DNA of 64,000 nucleotides from Acetobacteraceae bacterium. GTDB lineage: Bacteria; Pseudomonadota; Alphaproteobacteria; Acetobacterales; Acetobacteraceae. Below are positions 59,801-64,000 of this stretch, piece by piece (the stretch's first letter is position 1; each line of letters opens with the position of its first letter). The stretch lies in assembly GCA_965246915.1 (NCBI GenBank), contig CBDFGB010000018.1, forward strand, positions 11,617 to 75,616, given 5' to 3'. Both the position numbers and the translations under genes were made by a program. The notes under the pieces were generated by a model that did no database searches, was not told the DNA's origin, and was given only the letters and a program-made list of their open reading frames with translations.

Positions 59801-60315
59801 TCGCGGCAGACCTGCATGCCGATCCCGCCGCCGCCCGCGGTGCTCTTCAAGATCACCGGAAAACCGATGGTATCCGCCGCCTCCCGAGCCGCCGCGGCGT
59901 CGGCGAGGACCGGGCTGCCCGGCAGCAGCGCGACATCGCTCGCCACGGCCAGTTCGCGCGCGGTATGCTTCAGGCCGAACGCGCGGATCGTATCGGCCGA
60001 GGGGCCGATGAAGCGGATGCCAGCCGTCTCCAGGGCTTCGGCGAAGGCGGGCCGTTCGCTCAGAAATCCGTAGCCTGGATGAACAGCTTCGGCGCCGGTC
60101 GCGCGACAGGCATCGACGATCGCCTCGATGCGCAGATAGCTCTCGGCCGCCGCCGACGCGCCGATCGCCACGGCCTCGTCGGCCGCCAGCACCGGCGGGG
60201 TAAAGCGGTCGGCCTCGGAATGCACCGCCACCGACGCGATACCCATGCGTCGCAGGGTCCGTCCGATGCGCGCGGCGATCTCGCCCCGGTTGGCGATCAG
60301 AACCTTCTTGAACAT
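56806..60315 (-). CDS. urea carboxylase family enzyme (biotin carboxylase + KipI/KipA-like carboxyltransferase + biotinyl domain); probably a guanidine carboxylase given its neighbours
   Basis: MFKKVLIANRGEIAARI... is the ATP-grasp biotin carboxylase N-terminus. The central allophanate-hydrolase-subunit-like domains are present and the C-terminus has the AMKTE-like biotinylation site IESMKTEI. 1169 aa. Confidence 0.9.
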   Translation of the reverse strand: MFKKVLIANRGEIAARIGRTLRRMGIASVAVHSEADRFTPPVLAADEAVAIGASAAAESYLRIEAIVDACRATGAEAVHPGYGFLSERPAFAEALETAGIRFIGPSADTIRAFGLKHTARELAVASDVALLPGSPVLADAAAAREAADTIGFPVILKSTAGGGGIGMQVCRDAVELVEKFTIVQRMARANFGDERVYLEKYVAQARHVEVQIFGDGEGRVVSLGDRDCSLQRRHQKVIEETPAPGLSDRVRLALHEAARALCRRARYASAGTVEFLYDAHAEAFYFLEVNTRLQVEHCVTEDVFDVDLVEWMVRHAAGEFDLPPQDRLMSRGHAIEARVYAENAAENFRPSTGLLTEVRWAPNVRVETWIETGVEVTPHYDPLLAKLIGRGNTRAEAVANLRRAVTESAIWGVETNLDYLATILDVPAFGDAKMTTATLAAVAFAPRAVAVLSPGTQSSVQELPGRLGAWAVGVPPSGPMDPWSHRRANALVRNPPEMAALEMTLAGPTLRFDTDALVAICGAVMVATVDGAVVPHDTAFGVRRGEILTIGAIEGRGMRATLAVRGGIAAPVFMGSRATFALGGFGGHATGVLRVGDVLRLDDQPPVESPPLPPAPLTGAWDLLVLYGPHGAPDFFHPDDIADLFGREYEVHYNSARTGIRLIGPKPRWARRDGGEAGLHPSNIHDNAYAIGAVDFTGDMPIILGPDGPSLGGFVCPAVVASEDLWKLGHLRPGDTVRFRRLATPSLGPPDSASQPAGDPVLLRIDGETSVVVRRAGDANILIEYGPLMLDIRLRLRVQLLHDALKDEALPGVIDLTPGIRSLQVHYDPAALSLQYLLDAVTRIEAGLSSTADVKIPSRIVHLPLSWDDPQTRLAMLRYQDLVRADAPWCPSNIEFIRRINGLASEDDVRAIVFDASYLVMGLGDVYLGAPVATPLDPRHRLVTTKYNPARPWTPQNAVGIGGAYMCIYGMEGPGGYQLFGRTIQVWNSWRRTTAFTKRPLLRFFDQIRFFPVSEEELLDARAAFPHGRYDIRIEETAFETVAYDTFLARHAAEIAVARACQQAAFEAERQDWTARGLDRFEPAETADVATDDIPTGCAALASPVPGIVWKVLVTVGERVFPGQAVAIIESMKTEISVVAGAAGRIQRWLCAPGREVKGGETLGILRIE

Positions 60316-60331
60316 CTCGCTCGACGGCCGG

Positions 60332-60955
60332 TCAGCGCGCGTCCCACACCAGAATGCGGATCGGCGTCGGATTGAATCCGTTGCAGGGATTGTTCACCTG
60401 CGGACAGTTCGACAGCACGACCAGCACATCCATGTCGGCCCTCAGGTCCACGTGTCCGCCCGGGTCGGACAGGCCGTCGACGATCGCCAGTTCACCGTCC
60501 GGGCTGATCGGCACGTTCATGAAGAAATTGACGTTTCCCACGATATCGCGTTTGCCCATGCCGTGACGGCCCACTTCCAGCAGGAAGTTCTCGCGGCACG
60601 CATGCAGGTATTTCGTGTCGTGGCCAAATCTGACCGTGTTCGCCTCGCACGAACAGGCGCCGGCCGACGTGTCGTGCCGGCCACAGGTGTCGCCAACCAC
60701 GGTCATCAGCACCCGGCCCTCGTTGGACATCAACCGCGTGCCGAGCCCGACATACGCCGCCCGCTGCGCCAGCAGCGTGTCGTGCGCGCTGTAGCGTTCG
60801 CCGTAGTCATTCGCATTATAGAACAGCGCATCGACCGCCTGTTGGCCTTCAAGGTCGATGATGCGCAGGGTCTGGCCGGCCCGCAGCACCGAGGACCAGG
60901 GCGCGCGAGCGGGCACGACGACGTCCAGCACCGCGCCGGCGGCATCCAGGGCCAT
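60332..60955 (-). CDS. urea carboxylase-associated family protein 2 (DUF1989)
   Basis: ATG 60955 overlaps the upstream stop (TGATG). Motifs LRIIDLEGQQAVD...DTCGRHD...VDLRADMDVLVVLSNCPQ are characteristic of DUF1989. Confidence 0.85.
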   Translation of the reverse strand: MALDAAGAVLDVVVPARAPWSSVLRAGQTLRIIDLEGQQAVDALFYNANDYGERYSAHDTLLAQRAAYVGLGTRLMSNEGRVLMTVVGDTCGRHDTSAGACSCEANTVRFGHDTKYLHACRENFLLEVGRHGMGKRDIVGNVNFFMNVPISPDGELAIVDGLSDPGGHVDLRADMDVLVVLSNCPQVNNPCNGFNPTPIRILVWDAR

Positions 60956-61719
60956 CAGATCGCTCCATCGGTGTTTTGGAATCCTCGCACCGCCTCGTCG
61001 CTCAAATTGCGGCACTCGTCATCCACGCCGGGCGGCGGCGCCTGCCAAAGAATCGCCTCGACCGAGCCGGCCGCCTCGGCATCGGGCGACAGTGGATGCG
61101 GGCAATTCGACAGGGCGACGAGAAGATCCATCTCGGCGCGCAGATCGACATGCTGGCCAGGCCGGAGCACGCCCGGCTCCCACGCGAGCGTGCCGTCGTC
61201 GGCCACCGCGACCGGCGCGAAGAACGTCATGCAGGGTGCGATGTCGCGGCGGTCGAGGCCCTGTTTGCCGGCCGCGAGCCGCAGGTTGTCGCGCGTGTTG
61301 CGGCCGCGGCCGCCGCCGCCGCCGCCAACCAGCGCGTCATGGCGCCCGCACGTGTCCCCCACGATCGAGACGAGCACCCGACCCATGTCGGAGAACAGGA
61401 CCCGTCCCCGGCCGAGGCGCGCGGTCCATTGCAGCTTGACGGTGTCGCCGGCATTGAAGCGCTCCGTCGTGTCGTGCGCGTTCCAGAGCATCGCGGCGAT
61501 GCCCGATGTCGCATGCGTGTTCACGAGCCGAAGCGCCTGACCGCGCAGGATGCGCGCCGACCAGTACCAGCCGGACGGCACAACCTCTTGTCGAATCACG
61601 CGATCGGCCGTGAAATGATCGGCCACCTCCCGCGCGGCGAGGGTTCGCGACCGAGCCGTGTCACGCAACTGGGTGTAGCGCTGGCGGTGCTGCTCCGGCG
61701 TCATTCGGTCAAGTTGCAT
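60955..61719 (-). CDS. urea carboxylase-associated family protein 1 (DUF1989)
   Basis: GGAGG RBS; start MQLDRMTPEQ. Motifs LRLVNTHATSGIAAMLWN...GDTCGRHD...VDLRAEMDLLVALSNCPHP; paralogue of the downstream gene. Confidence 0.85.
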   Translation of the reverse strand: MQLDRMTPEQHRQRYTQLRDTARSRTLAAREVADHFTADRVIRQEVVPSGWYWSARILRGQALRLVNTHATSGIAAMLWNAHDTTERFNAGDTVKLQWTARLGRGRVLFSDMGRVLVSIVGDTCGRHDALVGGGGGGRGRNTRDNLRLAAGKQGLDRRDIAPCMTFFAPVAVADDGTLAWEPGVLRPGQHVDLRAEMDLLVALSNCPHPLSPDAEAAGSVEAILWQAPPPGVDDECRNLSDEAVRGFQNTDGAI

Positions 61720-62458
61720 GCGAACCTCCTGCCGCGCGCTTGCGCGGCCACACATCGATGTCATAGGTCGGACGCGCGCCATACCGCCACGCGGCATCGC
61801 CTTGTACGTCCGGCCGCTCCAGCGCGATAACCCGCGTGCCGAGCCGGAACGCCTCGCTGAGATCATGCGTGACCATCACGACCGTCATGCCGACCTCGCG
61901 CCACAGAGCCTGCATCAACGTGTGGATCTCGATCTTGATGCCGGGATCGAGCGCACCGAACGGCTCGTCGAGCAGCAGCACCCGCGGCTTGCGAAACAGC
62001 GCCTGCGCCAAGGCCAGCCGCTGCTGCATGCCGCCCGACAACTGCGCCGGATACTGGCGCTCGGCGTGCGACAGCCCAACCTCGGCGATCAGCGCCCGCG
62101 CCTCGGACGCCAGCGCCCGCCTCGCCGCACCGAACAAGCGACCGAAGCCCGCGGCCTGGAATTCGCGACCCAGCATGACGTTGCCCAGCACGGTCAGATG
62201 CGGGAAAACAGAATATCGCTGGAATACCACGCCGCGCTCGGCGGTCGGCTCCCGCGGGATCGGCTTGCCATCGATCAGCACCTCGCCGCGGGTCGGCCGC
62301 TCCTCGCTCAGCAGCATGCGCAAAAGCGTGGTCTTGCCGCATCCGGACGGACCGACCAGCGCCACGAAACTACCGGCGGCGATTTCAAGATCGAGCCGTT
62401 CCAGCACGACGCGGTCGCCATACTCCTTCCACACGCCGCGCACACTGATGGCGCTCAC
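61709..62458 (-). CDS. ABC transporter ATP-binding protein (NitT/TauT family)
   Basis: GTG 62458 overlaps the permease stop (GTGA). Walker A GPSGCGKTT, signature LSGGMQQR, Walker B LLLDEP. Confidence 0.85.
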   Translation of the reverse strand: MSAISVRGVWKEYGDRVVLERLDLEIAAGSFVALVGPSGCGKTTLLRMLLSEERPTRGEVLIDGKPIPREPTAERGVVFQRYSVFPHLTVLGNVMLGREFQAAGFGRLFGAARRALASEARALIAEVGLSHAERQYPAQLSGGMQQRLALAQALFRKPRVLLLDEPFGALDPGIKIEIHTLMQALWREVGMTVVMVTHDLSEAFRLGTRVIALERPDVQGDAAWRYGARPTYDIDVWPRKRAAGGSHAT

Positions 62459-63273
62459 GAATGGCCGGTCGGGAGGAACCAAGGAAAGGCCGCGCGGCGC
62501 AGCCCGCCAAGCCCGAGATCGAGCAGGAACGCGAGCAGCGTGATCCAGGCGACATACGGGAGAATGACATCCATTGCGAAGTAGCGTCGGACGAGAAAGA
62601 TGCGATAGCCGAGCCCACTGTCGGACGCGATCGCCTCGGCGGATATCAGAAACAGCCAAGCAGGCCCGAGCGACAATCGGACGCTGTCGAGGAGCCGTGG
62701 CAGAGTCTGCGGGATCACTACGCGCCATGCCATCTGTAGTGAGGTAGCGCCGAGCGTCTGCGCCTTGACCATCTGCTCGCGAGGCAATTCGAGAACGCGC
62801 GCCGCGAGATCGCGGATCAGGAACGGGGCGGTGCCGATCACGATCAGCACGATCTTCGACGTCTCGCCGAGCCCGACCGAGATGAACAGGATCGGCAGCA
62901 CCGCCAAAGGCGGGATCATCGACACGACGTCGACGAACCGGCCCAGAAGGGACCGGGCCACCGGCAGCATCCCGATCAAGATGCCAATGAAAAACGCCAA
63001 CGCCGCGGAGCATGTCAAGCCGATGAGCAGCCGATACAGGCTGGCGACGGTGTCCGACCACAAAAGGACGTCGCCGGTGCGACGATCCTCGGCGAACGCC
63101 ACGCGCCCGATCGCGTCGAGCAGCGACGCGGCGGACGGCAGCAGCTTGTCGTCCGGATTGAGCGACAGCCGCGCCGACGACGCGAACCAATACGCCGCGA
63201 TCGCCAATGCGAACGGCAGAACCGGCAGGAGGAGGCTGCTCGCCGCGTCGGGTCGCCGGTTGATCAGCCGCAT
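62455..63273 (-). CDS. ABC transporter permease (NitT/TauT family)
   Basis: 6 TM helices and an EAA-like loop (…AEAIASDSGLGYRI…); 272 aa. Confidence 0.85.
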   Translation of the reverse strand: MRLINRRPDAASSLLLPVLPFALAIAAYWFASSARLSLNPDDKLLPSAASLLDAIGRVAFAEDRRTGDVLLWSDTVASLYRLLIGLTCSAALAFFIGILIGMLPVARSLLGRFVDVVSMIPPLAVLPILFISVGLGETSKIVLIVIGTAPFLIRDLAARVLELPREQMVKAQTLGATSLQMAWRVVIPQTLPRLLDSVRLSLGPAWLFLISAEAIASDSGLGYRIFLVRRYFAMDVILPYVAWITLLAFLLDLGLGGLRRAAFPWFLPTGHS

Positions 63274-63275
63274 CG

Positions 63276-64000
63276 CTAGAGCTGTCCGGCCGCCGCCATC
63301 GCCATATAGGTATCTTCAAAGCGGAATTTCACGTTGGCCGGGTTGCCCTGGACCCTGCCGCCCGGAAAGCCGATCCCGACGACGTCGGCGGATTTGGCGC
63401 TGTCGCCCATCAGCCCGTGCTCGAAAAGGAAGTCCGAGACCAGGCGCATGGTCGTCGGCAGCGCCGCGCTTCGCGCGAAGGCGACGGCATCGGCCGGCGT
63501 CACGAACAACCGTGTGGTTTTCAGCTGCGCGTCGAAGCCGGCCAGATCGGTCCCCGACAGCTTGCCCATCTCGGCGCGCGCCGCCCGGCCTGCGTCGTTG
63601 TCGCCCGTCAATACGCCCAACGTCTCGAACCACGCGCCGGTCAGCGCCTTGGCGAAATCCGGATTGTCTCTCAGCGTCTCGGTGTTGACGATCGCCAGAT
63701 CCATGATTTCGCCTGGAATTTTCGACGAGTCGAAGACCGCGTGGGCGGACGCGTCCCCCAGGATCTCGCCGACGATCGGCTGCCACGTGACGACCGCCGT
63801 CACGTCGGCGGTCTTGTAGGCGGCTGTCATATCGGCGTCCGACGTATTGACGACCTTGACGTCGCGCTCGGCCATGCCCGCCGATTGCAACGCGCGAGCC
63901 AGCAGGTAGTGGGAGACCGAGAACTGCACCAGATTGACCTTCTGGCCCGTGATATCCGCCAGCGCGGCCTTGTCCTTAAGGATCAACGCGTCGTTGCCGT
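63276..64000 (-). CDS. ABC transporter substrate-binding protein (urea-carboxylase-associated, NitT/TauT type); 5' end lies outside the window
   Basis: C-terminal SBP-like sequence ends with TAG at 63276. The frame is still open at the window edge. Confidence 0.8.
   Translation of the reverse strand, partial: GNDALILKDKAALADITGQKVNLVQFSVSHYLLARALQSAGMAERDVKVVNTSDADMTAAYKTADVTAVVTWQPIVGEILGDASAHAVFDSSKIPGEIMDLAIVNTETLRDNPDFAKALTGAWFETLGVLTGDNDAGRAARAEMGKLSGTDLAGFDAQLKTTRLFVTPADAVAFARSAALPTTMRLVSDFLFEHGLMGDSAKSADVVGIGFPGGRVQGNPANVKFRFEDTYMAMAAAGQL

Noticed and set aside
57838-60375. 845-aa plus-strand ORF (and the 56875-57816 ORF)
   Set aside because: It is antisense to the urea carboxylase gene and has no protein-like motifs.

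Overview
High-GC chromosomal window with alphaproteobacterial-looking gene order. Most of it is housekeeping. In order it holds a partial MFS transporter, a GST, a polyprenyl glycosylphosphotransferase, clpS-clpA, a phasin, a PBP5-type DD-carboxypeptidase, map, radC, a TerC protein, purB, an RmlC-like/GT2 pair and recO-parC. Next comes a tightly packed 2OG-oxygenase/metY/lactonase/nitrile-hydratase-alpha-like block, then argG, class I FBA, leuB and ybaK. The ffh-rpsP-rimM-trmD-rplS-leuC-(small ORF)-leuD string follows, then an acyltransferase, a NIPSNAP protein, a GH13 enzyme and ssuD/dszA-like/sfnB sulfur-scavenging genes. The window ends with a urea (probably guanidine) carboxylase cluster carrying two DUF1989 genes and an ABC importer. 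Two accessory insertions stand out. (1) A ~10.6-kb element is integrated in tRNA-Thr(UGU), spanning 46167-56803 between perfect 44-bp att repeats with CCTTCCAACT arm-type sites. It carries an integrase, a Prim-Pol/AAA replicase, an iteron-like GGACA cluster, duplicated promoter/operator modules, and its own HK97 capsid, protease and portal. It has no terminase, tail or lysis genes, so it is a candidate capsid-encoding phage satellite. (2) A ~2.4-kb islet that looks more A/T-rich lies between argG and fba. It holds a Phd/YefM-PemK/MazF-like toxin-antitoxin pair followed by a ~500-aa 4-TM protein of unknown function whose 3' end looks frameshifted. An orphan cobalt-type nitrile hydratase alpha-like gene, translationally coupled to a beta-propeller lactonase, is a third oddity. 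No rRNA, CRISPR array or IS element was seen. Many very long ORFs in the track are antisense or out-of-frame artefacts of the high GC content. Start codons are inferred by eye and may be off; no database search was possible.
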